Below, piece by piece: positions 40,228-53,700 of a stretch of 64,000 bases of DNA; position 1 is the stretch's first letter; each line of letters opens with the position of its first letter. The notes beneath the pieces are model-generated. The model was not told where the DNA came from and made no database searches. It saw only the letters and a program-made list of their open reading frames with translations. The translations under genes were made by a program, and so were the position numbers. The stretch comes from Antedon mediterranea (lineage: Eukaryota; Animalia; Echinodermata). The DNA lies in the NCBI RefSeq assembly GCF_964355755.1, contig NC_092677.1:28507175-28571174 (forward strand), read 5' to 3'.

Positions 40228-41461
40228 ATTAAAATCAATATATGATAAACACTTTCCTCTCCTCAAAAACGAAAAAAAAAATAATAAATTAAAGTCATGG
40301 ATGTCTAATGGCCTACTTAATTCAATTAAACACAAACATAAACTGTACTCTAAATTTATCCATTGTCCCACCCAAAAAAATGAAACAGCCTTTAAACAAT
40401 TCCGTAATAAATTAAATACTACAATTAAAGCTGCAAAAAAAAATTATTTTCACAAAACGTTTCTCAAACACAAAAATGATATTAAGGCAACTTGGAAATC
40501 AATTAATTCCCTGCTCAATAAATCAAATAATACACATACAAATACTTCTTTCAATTTTCAAGGTGAGTTGACTAATGATTCCAATATAATTTCAAATGCC
40601 TTTAACAAATATTTTTCTGAAATCGGCCCTTCACTTGCTAATAAAATTCCCAATAGTAACAGATCATTTAAAGACTTTTTACCCAACCCTACCCCTAACT
40701 CAATATTCTTTACTCCAGTCAATGAGGCCGAAGTTTTTAAAATCATTTCTACCTTTAAAAACAACAAATCACCCGGTATTGATGATTTCCAAACCAAGCC
40801 CATCAAACATATTGCCGATCTCATTTCTTTTCCACTTACCCATATTTTTAATCTTGCTTTATTAAAGGGTGTTTTCCCAGACGGGATGAAGTTTGCGCGC
40901 GTTACCCCTATCTACAAATCTGGAAACAAATCTGATTTCTCTAACTATCGCCCCATCTCTGTCCTCTCTATTTTCTCTAAAGCTTTAGAAAGGGTAATCT
41001 ACGATCGTACATTTTCATTTATCTCAAAACATGACATTCTTCACAAAAATCAATATGGCTTTAGAAAAGGTCACAACACACCCATGGCTCTCATTGACTT
41101 AACAAACAAAATTGTTGACGCATTTGAAAGTGGCCATCTAGCCATCGGCGTTTTTATAGATTTGTCAAAGGCATTCGACACAATAGACCACAACATACTT
41201 TTATTTAAACTATCCCACTATGGAATTAGAGGGCCCGCATATGATCTTTTCAAAAGTTACCTTACCAATCGTTTCCAATGTACCAAGTATTCTAATTCTG
41301 TCTCCAACTTCAACCCTGTTACTTGTGGTGTTCCCCAGGGCTCTCTTCTTGGCCCCCTCCTATTTATTCTATATATTAATGATATATATCTTTCTTCTGC
41401 AATTCTTAATTTTTTTCTATATGCTGACGACACCACTGTTTATTACTCTGACCCTGATATT
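40228..41461 (+). mobile_element. LINE B (outer element), 5' part of a 5'-truncated ORF2
   Basis: Open frame KSIYDKHFPL...NYRPISVL...DLSKAFDT...GVPQGSLLGP...YADDTTVYYSDPDI, then interrupted. Confidence 0.95.
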
Positions 41462-41463
41462 CA

Positions 41464-41715
41464 AAGCCAAGGCATATCATTGCCCGTTTTCTCTCATACG
41501 CTTCTAAGATTGAAGTTATGAAACAACGAAGTTCTGCGCTAGATAGCCAGAAATTTTATATCATAGATGATCTTACTGCTGCCGATCTACTGGAAAAAAA
41601 GAAATGGAGATCACAAGTAAAAGAGATGTACAATAAAGGTACCAAGCTTCGTTTTACGGCTGGAAAATGGCGAAATTCAACTGGCATTCCGGTAAACTTT
41701 TCGAAATTCCATTGA
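41464..41715 (+). CDS. C-terminal remnant of an L1-type (Transposase_22 RRM/CTD-like) ORF1 of LINE C
   Basis: KPRHIIARFLSYASKIEVMKQRSSALDSQKFYIIDDLT matches the PR.II.RF...K..V....I.DDL pattern of L1-like ORF1p. Confidence 0.75.
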   Translation, partial: KPRHIIARFLSYASKIEVMKQRSSALDSQKFYIIDDLTAADLLEKKKWRSQVKEMYNKGTKLRFTAGKWRNSTGIPVNFSKFH

Positions 41716-42159
41716 AATAGTTCCGGTAAACTTTTCGAAATTCCATTGCCATACTAGTGATCGGAATGTTGTTGTAAACACTTGGACTGTCTAAGAAGCA
41801 TTTCTTCTTTACAAATTCAATCCATTATTAATTTTACAACAGACTAAGAATCTTTTATCCATTATTTTCCTTACATCTGCATACTTTGCTTAATTTGTAT
41901 AAGCCTCTTGATTGATTTTACATAATAATTTTACAATAGCGTTTTCAGGAGTCTGTTCTCACATAATTGCATTGTCATAAGATGTTTAAACCACTTAAAA
42001 CCATTTATTCACCTTTGTTTTATTGTTACCCCCCAATTCTTAACTTGCTTCTTTATATTTACGTTCTTGTACTTTTCTGTTTTTACGTAACATTACCAGG
42101 CATCTTTTATTACATACTATTGAATAAACTGATCACATTATGTATCGTTAGATATTCTC

Positions 42160-45100
42160 ATGGACCCTTTTGACAATATAGATGCATTCCCATTTAATCA
42201 CATTATTGATAATGATGAATTCTTGCATGTCATTCACTATTACTTTTGTGACGATAGAATTGACTTTGATAGATTTAATTCTTTAATTTTTAACCCTTTT
42301 GATATTAATTTTAAAGATGTTATTAATGACAACGATGCCCAATTATTTTCCGAAAATATTGAATCTTGTGCCTATGAATATATTGATAGTCTTAACAACA
42401 AATATTCAACCCAAGATTATTCATTTAGTATCTTTCACTTAAACGCACGCAGTCTTGTTAAACATTTTAACGATATCAATGTATGCGTAGGTGCTATTAA
42501 CCATGAATTCTCAGCACTATGCTTCACCGAAACTTTTTTTAATCATAATACGCCTTTTTCCTTTTATAATATTCCCAATTATAACCTCTTGCATGTTTCA
42601 CGAGCTGATAGACCAGGAGGAGGCGTTGCCATTTACCTACACCAGAGATTTAAATATATTCTTCGCCCTGATTTATCATTTATCATTACTAATGGTTCGG
42701 AATCTCTTTTCATTGAAATCGATGCACAACCCAAAAACATAATCCTTGGAGTAGTATATCGTTTGCCTGAATTATCCATTAACACATTTAATAAAGATAT
42801 CTCTAATTTAATTGACACCATTAATAATGAGAAAAAAACAGCATATATTTCAGGAGACTTTAATATTAACTTGTTAAATTCCAAAACACATAAAGGTACT
42901 TCTGATTTTGTTAATACTTTATTTCAATCAAATTATTATCCTCTTATTACTAGGCCAACTAGAATTACGCGTAATTCTGCAACTTTAATCGACAATATTT
43001 TTTGTAATAATCTATATGATAACATTTCTTCCGGAATTCTATATTCGGACATCTCGGATCACTTTCCTGTTTTCTTGTTAGTACATAAATCAGAACCTCT
43101 CCAACACCTGAAACCTAAATCAAAATATATATACATAAAAAAAGTCAATGATATTTCAATTTCTGCCTTAAGTAATGATTTGTCAAATGTTGACTGGACT
43201 AGTATTTATAACTCCAATGAACCCAATGAGGCATACGCTTTATTCAACGACATATTTAGTACATTATATAATAACAACATTAAAACCACTCGTTCCAGAC
43301 GCAATATTCGGAAAGAAAAAAAAACCTTGGATAACTAAATGCTTAATTAAATCTATCGACAAAAAACACAAATTATATAAAACATTTCTTATATCTAAAA
43401 AGCAAAAGGACAAAGATAAATATGTTAAATATCGAAATGTACTTACCAAAATCCTTCGTACTGCCCAAAAGAATTACTTCAGTGACAAATTTGAATTCCA
43501 TAAAAATAACATCCAAAAAACCTGGCAAACAATAAATGGAGTCCTTGGCAAGAAATCTCGTAAACCGTTTCCTTCTCACTTTATTAACAATGACATTGAA
43601 TTAAATAATCCTCAACAAATTGCAACTGAATTCAATAATTATTTTACTAGTATAGGGCCAAATTTAGTTAACAAAATACATGTGTCGGATAATGATAATT
43701 ATACTTCTACCCTACCTCGTCCATGTGTGCACTCTCTCTTTCTTAGTCCTGTAACCGAACATGAAGTTGTCAGTATAATACTTTCCCTCAAAGATAATAA
43801 ATCTCCTGGGTTTGATGGGTTTTCCAATAAAATTATTAAACGTGTTTCTAATTTTATATGCAAACCCTTAACTCACATTTTTAATACTTCTTTTCAAACC
43901 GGTATTTTTCCTGATTCTTTTAAAATAGCTAAAGTCATCCCTATCTACAAGAAAGAAGATCCTCATCATTTCAATAACTACAGACCAATCTCCCTACTTC
44001 CTTGTTTCTCAAAATTAATTGAAAAAATAATGCATAATCGAATTTCTTCCTTTTTAACTAAACATAACATTTTATTTAAAGGCCAATATGGTTTCAGGAA
44101 AAAGTATTCAACAGATCTTGCTTTATTAGATATTTTTGACAAAATTACAATTGCCCTGAGTAAAAATGAGTTTTCTGTTGGCATTTTCCTTGATTTATCT
44201 AAGGCCTTCGATACTATTAACCACGATATTTTAATTCATAAACTTTCAAATTACGGTATCAGAGGCCTTCCTTTAAAACTAATTAAAAGCTACCTTTCCA
44301 ATCGTGTTCAGTTTACTTCCTTAAATAATTTTAACTCTTCCTATTCCCGTTTAACCTGTGGTGTTCCCCAAGGATCGATTCTTGGACCACTCTTATTCCT
44401 GATTTTTGTTAACGATATACCAAACAGCTCTAAATTACTAAATTTTATCTTATTTGCTGACGACACAAATATTTTTTTCTCTCATCCTAAATTAAATACC
44501 TTGTTTAAAATTGTCAATGATGAGTTACTTAAAGTTTCAAATTGGCTCAAACACAATAAATTAACTCTTAATACATTCAAAACGAACTATATAATATTTT
44601 CTAAACGTAAAATTTCAAATTCTTTAAATGAACAAATATACATTGATAATAAAATGATCAAACGAGTTAATGAAACCCAATTTTTAGGAGTAACCATAGA
44701 TGCCTCTCTGACTTGGAAACTACATATAAATAAAATCAGTAATCTAGTTTCTAGAAATGTTGGAATATTGAACAAATTAAAACATATCTTCCCTCAAAAA
44801 ACCTTATTAACCCTTTATAATACTTTAGTTTTGCCTTACCTTTCTTATGCCAATTTATGTTGGGCAATTACTCTAGATAAATTTAATACGTTATGCCCCT
44901 GGACAAGTCTAGAGAAAACTCAAATTGACCGCCTTTTTAAACTACAAAAACGTGCACTTCGGATTTGCGCGGGAGAATCATTTAGAGCCCATACAAAATT
45001 ACTTTTTAAAAGATTTAACGTTTTAAACATTTATGATTTAAATAAATTACAAGTTGCCTCATTTATGTACCGTTTATCTAACAATTTACTGCCTCCACAT

Positions 45101-45328
45101 TTTAATGCTTTATTTACAAGAATTGACGAACGCCATTCCTATAAAACCCGATCCTCTGTTAACAATTATATCCTTGATAATTTAAATGTTAAGGCTCGAC
45201 GATTTTCTATGTATTATTTTGGTCCCAAACTTTGGACTTCACTCTCAAATGAACTTAAACAGAAATCTTCCTTTTCTAGTTTTAAATCTAATTTCAAACA
45301 CAAAATGGTGTCAGAATATGCTACATAA
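42160..45328 (+). CDS. LINE C ORF2, APE endonuclease plus RT (~1055 aa if one A is removed at 43316-43324)
   Basis: HLNARS, FTET, GGGVA, GDFN, DNIF, SDHFP, GVPQGSILGP and FADDT are all intact. The only defect is a one-base frameshift in an A9 run. Confidence 0.9.
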
Positions 45329-45780
45329 ATTTTCGCCGATCTTTTATCCTTATTTATTTGGTGGTGATACATGGCATTAAATCCTTCACCCTGGTATTCA
45401 ATAATCTCCGCTACATTGTATCGTTATACTTGTTATTATACCATATTTAATTATATTTCATATTGTACTCTAATTGTTATCATTATCCCTTTTATCATAT
45501 ATTATATAATTGCCTGGTTTATCTTAACTTCTATAATTTAAATTTTTTTTTATTTCTTTATTTTATGTACTTTCACTATTATATATTTATATTTTAGTCT
45601 ACTCTGTAGCAATGTTAGTATACTTAGGCATACGGGAGTCACGACTTAAAGTTCAGTGAACTTACTGTGACTTCCATCCACCCACATTTAATATATGTTA
45701 TGTTATGTAAATGTAAATGATATATATATATATATATATAAGTGAGTGGAAAAAATAAATAAACGAAACGAAACGAAACG

Positions 45781-46811
45781 AAAACCTTATTTAATACTGT
45801 TAATACCAATTTGACCCTCATGTCTCAATACTTTTCAGCTAACAAACTTTCTCTTAACCACAAAAAATGTAACTTCATCCTGTTTGGGACCCCTCAGAAA
45901 ATTAAAAACATTGATACTGCAAACTATAACATTTCTATTAACAATCATGATATTCCCTCAGTCCAATCTGCTACATTTTTAGGAGTTCATCTTGACAGTC
46001 GACTTTCATGGAAAAATCACATCAATTTTGTTGAGAATAAAATTTCAAAAAGTCTTGGCATCATCACTAGACTTTCTTCTTTTTCACCCCCTAACATTCT
46101 TCGTATCCTGTACTGCTCCCTCATCCTGCCTTATCTTAACTATTGCAATATTGTCTGGTGCAACTCTTATCCTTCCAGTATTAGAAGACTTCAAACTCTT
46201 CAAAAAAAGGCCATCAGGGTTATATCTGGTGCCCCACCCCTGTCTCATTCATCTCATCTTTTTTCAAAGCTTAATCTTCTCAAAGTCTCCGATATCAATC
46301 TAACCCAACAAGGCTCGTTCATCTTTTCTTCTATTAATTCCAACCTTCCCAAACATCTCTGCTCCATGTTCACTCCAAATTCTTCAATTCATTATCATAA
46401 TACCCGTATTTGTTCAAAATTACATATTCCAACCCATAAAACCAACCACTTTCAACACAACATTAGGTATTCCGGACCCACTTTTTGGAACGATCTGCCA
46501 CTCCCCATCTTAAACTCTGTTTCTAGTAAATCATTTTTATCTAAACTTAAAAGTCACCTTATTGCCAAATATTAACTTTTACTCGGTCAATTTTTTTTTA
46601 TTTATTTTTTTATTTTATATTTTTTTTTATTTTTTATAAATTGTCATTGTCTGTGTCTGTAATAGGTACGTCCTCCACAAGATGTGTTTTTCATCTTTCT
46701 GGGCGTGTACCTTCTTCTTTCGAATTTTGTTTACATATTTATTGATCACTGAAATCTATTTTGTATATGAAAGGAGAAAATAAATGTTGCTTTGAATTGA
46801 ATTGAATTGAA
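45781..46811 (+). mobile_element. LINE B (outer element), 3' part
   Basis: KTLFNTVNTNLTLMSQYFSANKLSLN...FLGV...LPYLNYCNIVW...GPTFWN to TAA at 46575, then a 3' UTR stem-loop at ~46665-46711, AATAAA and a (TTGAA)n tail. Confidence 0.95.
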
Positions 46812-49800
46812 AATATTCGGAAATACTCAGAACTTATCGGAACTAAACTGAACTACTCGGAACTTCTCAGAAATATTTGGAACTACTCGAAACTACTCTG
46901 AACTAACTAATCTGAATTAATCTAAACTACTCGAAACTACTCTGAACTAACTAATCTGAATTAATCTAAACTACTCGGAACTACTCGGAACTTCTCGGAA
47001 CTACTCGTCATTATTCGGAACTACTCGTCATTATTCGGAACTACTCGGAAATACTCGGAACTTATTGGAACTTATTGGAACTTATCGGAACTACTCTGAA
47101 CTAACTAATCTGAACGAAACTTAACTACTCGGAACTACTCGGAACTACTCGGAACTTCTCATAAATATTTGGAAGTACTCTGAACTAACTAATATGAACT
47201 AATCTGAACTACTCGGAACTACTGGGAACTACTCAGAACTATTCGGAAATACTCGGAAATACTCTGAACTACTCTGAACTACTCTGAACTACTCTAAACT
47301 GCTCGGAACTACTCGGTAATACTCAGAACTACTCGTCATTATTCGGAACTACTCGGAACTACTCGGAACTACTCGAAACTACTCTGAACTAACTAATCTG
47401 AACTAAACTGAACTACTCGAAACTATTCGGAATACTCGGAAATACTCGGAACTATTGGAACTACTCGGAACTTCTCGGAACTACTCTGAACTACTCGGAA
47501 CTACTCGGCACTACTCGGAACTACTTGGAACTTCTCGGAACTGCTCGAAACTTCTCGGAACTACCGGAACTACTCGTAATAACTCGGAACTACTCTGAAC
47601 TACTCTGAACTACTCGGAAATACTTGGAACTTATCGGAACTAACTAATCTGAATTAATCTGAACTACTCGGAACTACTCGGAACTACTCGGAACTACTCG
47701 GAACTACTCGGAACTTCTCGGAACTACTCGGAAATACTCGGACATACTCGGAACTACTCGGAACTACTAGGAACTACTTGGAACTACTCGGAACTACTTG
47801 GAACTACTCGGAACTAAACTGAACTACTCGGATCTACTCGAAACTACTCGGAACTTCTCAGAAAAATTTGGAGCTACTCGGAACTACTCTGAACTAACTA
47901 ATCTGAACTAAACTGAACTACTCGGAACTACTCGGAACTTCTCATAAATATTTGGAAGTACTCTGAACTAACTAATATGAACTAATCTGAACTACTCGGA
48001 ACTTTTTGGAACTACTCGGAACTACTCGGGACTACTCGGAAGTACTCGGAACTACACAGAACTAAACAGAACTACTCGGAACTACTCGAAACTTCTCAGA
48101 ACAACTCGGAACTACTCGTCAATATTCGGAAGTATTTGGAACTACTCGGAATTACTCGGATCTCCTTGTAACAACACGAAACTACTCGGGACTACTCTGA
48201 ACTACTCTGAACTACTCTGAACTACTCGGAACTATTCGGAACTACTCGGCACTACTCAGCACTACTCGGAACTACTCGGAACTTCTCGGAACTACTCGGA
48301 AATACTCGGACATACTCGGAACTACTCGGAACTACTAGGAACTAAACTGAACTACTCGGATCTACTCGAAACTACTCGGAACTTCTCATAAATATTTGGA
48401 GCTATTCGGAACTACTCTGAACTAACTAATCTGAACTAAACTGAACTACTCGGAACTACTCGGAATTTCTCATAAATATTTGGAAGTACTCTGAACTAAC
48501 TAATATGAACTAATCTGAACTACTCGAACTATTTGGAACTACTCGGAACGACTCGGAACTACTCGGGACTACTCAGAAGTACTCGGAACTACACAGAACT
48601 AAACAGAACTACTCGGAACTACTCGAAACTTCTCAGAACAACTCGGAACTACTCGTCAATATTCGGAACTATTTGGAACTACTCGGAATTACTCGGATCT
48701 CCTTGTAACAACACGGAACTACTCGGCACTACTCGGCACTACTCGGCACTACTCGGAACTACTCGGAACTTCTCGGAACTACTCGGAACTTCTCGGAACT
48801 ACCGGAACTACTCGGAACTACTCGAAAATACTCGGAAATACTCAGAACTTATCAGAACTTATCGGAACTAGTCGGAACTACTCGGAACTTCTCAGAAATA
48901 TTTGGAACTACTCGAAACTACTCGTCATTATTCGAAACTACTCGGAACTACTCGGAAATACTCGGAACTACTCGGAACTACTCGGAACTTATTGGAACTT
49001 ATCGGAAAGACTCGGAACTACTCGGAACTACTCGGAACTTCTCAGAAATATTTGGAACTACTCGGAACTACTCTGAACTAACTAATCTGAACTAAACTGA
49101 ACTACTCGAAACTATTCGGAAATACTCGGAACGATTGGAACTACTCGGAACTTCTCTGAACTACTCGGAACTTCTCTGAACTACTCTGAACTACTCTGAA
49201 CTACTCTTAACTACTCTGAACTACTCTTAACTATTCGGAACTACTCAGCACTACTCGGAAATACTCGAAACTTCTCGGAACTACTCGGAACTACAGAAAC
49301 TACTCGGAATTACTCGGAAATACTCGAAAGTTATCGGAACTAACTAATCTGAATTAATCTGAACTACTCGGAACTACTCGGAACTACTCGAAACATCTCG
49401 GAACTACTCGGAACTACTCGGAAATACTCGGAACTTATCGGAACTACTCGGAAATACTCGGAACTACTCGGAACTACTAGGAACTACTTGGAACTACTCG
49501 GAACTAAAGTGAACTACTCGGAACTACTCGAAACTACTCGGAACTTCTCAAAAACTACTCGGAACTTCTCGAAACTACTCAGAACTTCTCAGAAATATTT
49601 GGAACTACTCTGAACTAACTAATCTGAACGAAACTTAACTACTCGGAACTACTTGGAACTACTCCGAACTTCTCGGAACTACTCCGAACTTCTCATAAAT
49701 ATTTGGAAGTACTCTGAACTAACTAATATGAACTAATCTGAACTACTCGGAACTACTGGGAACTACTCGGAACTATTCGGAAATACTCGGAAGTACTCTG

Positions 49801-50431
49801 AACTACTCTGAACTACTCTGAACTACTCTGAACTACTCGAAACTTCTCGGAACTTCTAATAACTACTCGGAACTACACTTATCTGAACTAATCTTAACTA
49901 CTCGGAAATACTCGGAACTACTTGGAAGTACTTGGAAGTACTCAGAACTACACGGAACAACTTGGAACTACTCGGAGCTTCTCGTTACTTCTCGTCACTA
50001 CTCGGAACTACTCGGAACTACCCGAAACTTCTCGGGACTGCTTGGAACTGCTCGGAACAACTCGGAACTACTCGGAACTACTCGGGACAACTCTGGATTT
50101 CTCGGAACTCCTCGTAACTTCTCGGAACTGGTCGTCATTATTTGGAACTAGTCGGAACTACTCGGAAATACTCGGAACTTATCGGAACTTCTCGGAAATA
50201 CTTGGAAATACTCGGAAATATTCGGTAATACTCGGAACTACTTGGAACTTCTCGCCACTACTCGTCACTACTAGTCACTACTCGTCACTACTCTAATCTG
50301 AACTACTCGGAACTACTCTAATCTGAACTACTCGGAACTACTCTAATCTGAACTACTCGGAACTACTCGGAACTACTAGGAAATACTCGGAAATACTCAG
50401 AACTTCTCGGAACTACTCGGAAGTACTTGGA

Positions 50432-50745
50432 TTGATTGAAATTTATATTTATAGTGGGTAACCTCTTCAGTCAAAGACTGGTCTCCCAGAGGGCCCAGTT
50501 GGTGATCAGTGGCTGTGATGTACTAATACACCGGGGTAACCCCCTACTCGTCTCGAAAGATGTACTTGGTTCTTTAAAGTGCACACGAGCTAGATGTGTA
50601 CACTGGACCTACGGTTTATAGTCCTTATCCGAGAAGACTCGTTCTACCACCAGAACCATGGAGTGAGTGATCCTCGAACCCCTACCGATGTTATGGCTAC
50701 GTAATTACGGTTCCACTGTCTTAACCGCTCGGCCACTCACTCACT
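50432..50745 (-). mobile_element. tRNA-derived Deu/Nin-domain SINE, copy 1
   Basis: On the minus strand: A box TGGCCGAGCGG, B box GGTTCGA, central TTCTCGGATAAGGACTATAAACCGTAGGTCC...TTAAAGAACC...GAGTAGGGG..ACCCCGGTGT (Deu/Nin-like), 3' stem-loop and (CAAT)n tail. CTTGGA is duplicated on both flanks. Confidence 0.88.
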
Positions 50746-53700
50746 CTTGGAAGTACTCAGAACTACACGGAACTACTTGAAACTTCTTGTTACTTCTCGT
50801 CACTACTCGGAACTAATCGGAACTACTCAAAACTTCTTGGAACTACTCCCCAATATTCGGAACTACTCGGAACAACTCGGAACTACTCGGGACTACTCTG
50901 GACTTCTCGGAACTCCTCGTAACTTATCGGAACTTCTCGATACTACTCGGAACTTCTCGGAACTACTCGACGCTACTCGGAACTGCTCTAAACTACCTAC
51001 TCGGAAATACTTGGAACTACTCGGAACTACTCGTCATTATTCGGAACTACTCGGAACTACTCGGAAATACTCGGAACTACTTGGAACTTATTGGAACTTA
51101 TCGGAAATACTCGGAACTACTAGGAACTACTCGGAACTACTCGAAACTTCTCAGAAATATTTGGAACTACTCGGAACTACTCTGAACTAACTAATCTGAA
51201 CTAAACTGAACTACTCGAAACTATTCGGAAATATTCGGAAATACTCGGAACTATTGGAACTACTCTGAACTTCTCGGAACTACACTGAACTACTCTGAAC
51301 TACTCTGAACTACTCTGAACTATTCGGAACTACTCAGAACTATTCGGAACTACTCGGAACTACTCGGCACTACTCGGAACTACTTGGAACTTCTCGGAAC
51401 TACTCGAAACTACTCGGAATTACTCGGAATTACTCGGAACTACTCGGAAATACTCGGAACTTATCGGAACTAACTAATCTGAATTAATCTGAACTACTCG
51501 GAACTACTCGGAACTACTCGGAAATACTCGGAAATACTCGGAACTTATCGGAACTTATCGGAACTACTCAGAAATACTCGGAACTACTCGGAACTACTAG
51601 GAACTACTTGGAACTACTCGGAACTAAACTGAACTACTCAGAACTACTCGAAACTACTCGGAACTTCTCAGAAATATTTGGAACTACTCTGAACTAACTA
51701 ATCTGAACGAAACTTAACTACTCGGAACTACTCGGAACTACTCGGAACTTCTCTTAAATATTTGGAAGTACTCTGAACTAACTAATATGAACTAATCTGA
51801 ACTACTCGGAACTACTGGGAACTACTCGGAACTACTCGGAAATACTCAGAAATACTCTGAACTACTCTGAACTACTCTAAAATGCTTGGAACTACTCGGA
51901 ACTACTCGTCATTATTCGGAACTACTCGGAACTACTCGGAACTACTTGAAACTTCTTGTTACTTCTCGTCACTACTCGGAACTAATCGGAACTACTCAAA
52001 ACTTCTTGGAACTACTCCCCAATATTCGGAACTACTCGGAACAACTCGGAACTACTCGGGACTACTCTGGACTTCTCGGAACTCCTCGTAACTTATCGGA
52101 ACTTCTCGATACTACTCGGAACTTCTCGGAACTACTCGGAACTACTCGACGCTACTCGGAACTGCTCTGAACTACCTACTCGGAAATACTTGGAACTACT
52201 CGGAACTACTCGTCATTATTCGGAACTACTCGGAACTACTCGGAAATACTCGGAACTACTTGGAACTTATTGGAACTTATCGGAAATACTCGGAACTACT
52301 AGGAACTACTCGGAACTACTCGAAACTTCTCAGAAATATTTGGAACTACTCGGAACTACTCTGAACTAACTAATCTGAACTAAACTGAACTACTCGAAAC
52401 TATTCGGAAATATTCGGAAATACTCGGAACTATTGGAACTACTCTGAACTTCTCGGAACTACACTGAACTACTCTGAACTACTCTGAACTACTCTGAACT
52501 ACTCGAAACTTCTCAGAAATATTTGGAACTACTCGGAACTACTCTGAACTAACTAATCTGAACTAAACTGAACTATTCGGAACTACTCAGAACTATTCGG
52601 AACTACTCGGAACTACTCGGCACTACTCGGAACTACTTGGAACTTCTCGGAACTACTCGAAACTACTCGGAATTACTCGGAATTACTCGGAACTACTCGG
52701 AAATACTCGGAACTTATCGGAACTAACTAATCTGAATTAATCTGAACTACTCGGAACTACTCGGAACTACTCGGAACTACTCGGAAATACTCGGAAATAC
52801 TCGGAACTTATCGGAACTTATCGGAACTACTCGGAAATACTCGGAACTACTCGGAACTACTAGGAACTACTTGGAACTACTCGGAACTAAACTGAACTAC
52901 TCAGAACTACTCGAAACTACTCGGAACTTCTCAGAAATATTTGGAACTACTCTGAACTAACTAATCTGAACGAAACTTAACTACTCGGAACTACTCGGAA
53001 CTACTCGGAACTACTCGGAACTTATCTTAAATATTTGGAAGTACTCTGAACTAACTAATATGAACTAATCTGAACTACTCGGAACTACTGGGAACTACTC
53101 GGAACTACTCGGAAATACTCAGAAATACTCTGAACTACTCTGAACTACTCTAAACTGCTTGGAACTACTCGGAACTACTCGTCATTATTCGGAACTACTC
53201 GGAACTACTCGGAACTACTCGGAACTACTCGGAACTACTCGGAACTACTCGGAAATACTCGGAACAACTCGGAAATACTCGGAACTTATCGGAACTACTC
53301 GGAACTTATCGGAACTACTCTGGACTTCTCGGAAGTACTCGGAACTACACAGAACTACACGGAACTACTCGGAACTACTCGGAACTACTCGAAACTTCTC
53401 AGAACAACTCGGAACTACTCGTCAATATTCGGAACTATTTGGAACTACTCGGAATTACTCGGAACTACTCGGAACTACTCGGACCTCCTTGTAACAACTC
53501 TGAACTACTCAGGACTATTCTGGACTTCTTGGATCTCCTCAAAACTACTCGGAACTTCTCGGAACTTTTCGATACTACTCGGAACTACTCGGAACTTCTC
53601 GGAACTAATCGTCACAACTCGTCGCTACTCGGAAGAACTCGGAACTACACGGAACTACTCAGAACTACTCGAAACTACTCGAAACTACTCGGAACTACTT

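Larger units (their letters stand above)
41462..45780 (+). mobile_element. LINE C (inner element), nested in LINE B
   Basis: ORF1 remnant 41464-41715, spacer, ORF2 42160-45328, 3' UTR stem-loop ~45634-45675, AATAAA and (AAACG)4 tail. Confidence 0.95.

Noticed and set aside
43316-43326. Programmed -1 frameshift at A AAA AAC
   Set aside because: The downstream ORF is in the +1 frame, and LINE ORF2 is normally continuous. A homopolymer indel is the simpler explanation.
34678-46575. RT cluster as a retron, DGR or group II intron system
   Set aside because: APE endonuclease domains, ORF1 remnants, 3' stem-loops, AATAAA and tandem tails identify ordinary non-LTR retrotransposons.
50660-50745. tRNA gene on the minus strand (also 55940-56023)
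   Set aside because: A and B boxes are present but the cloverleaf is poor, and it is followed by a SINE body and tail.
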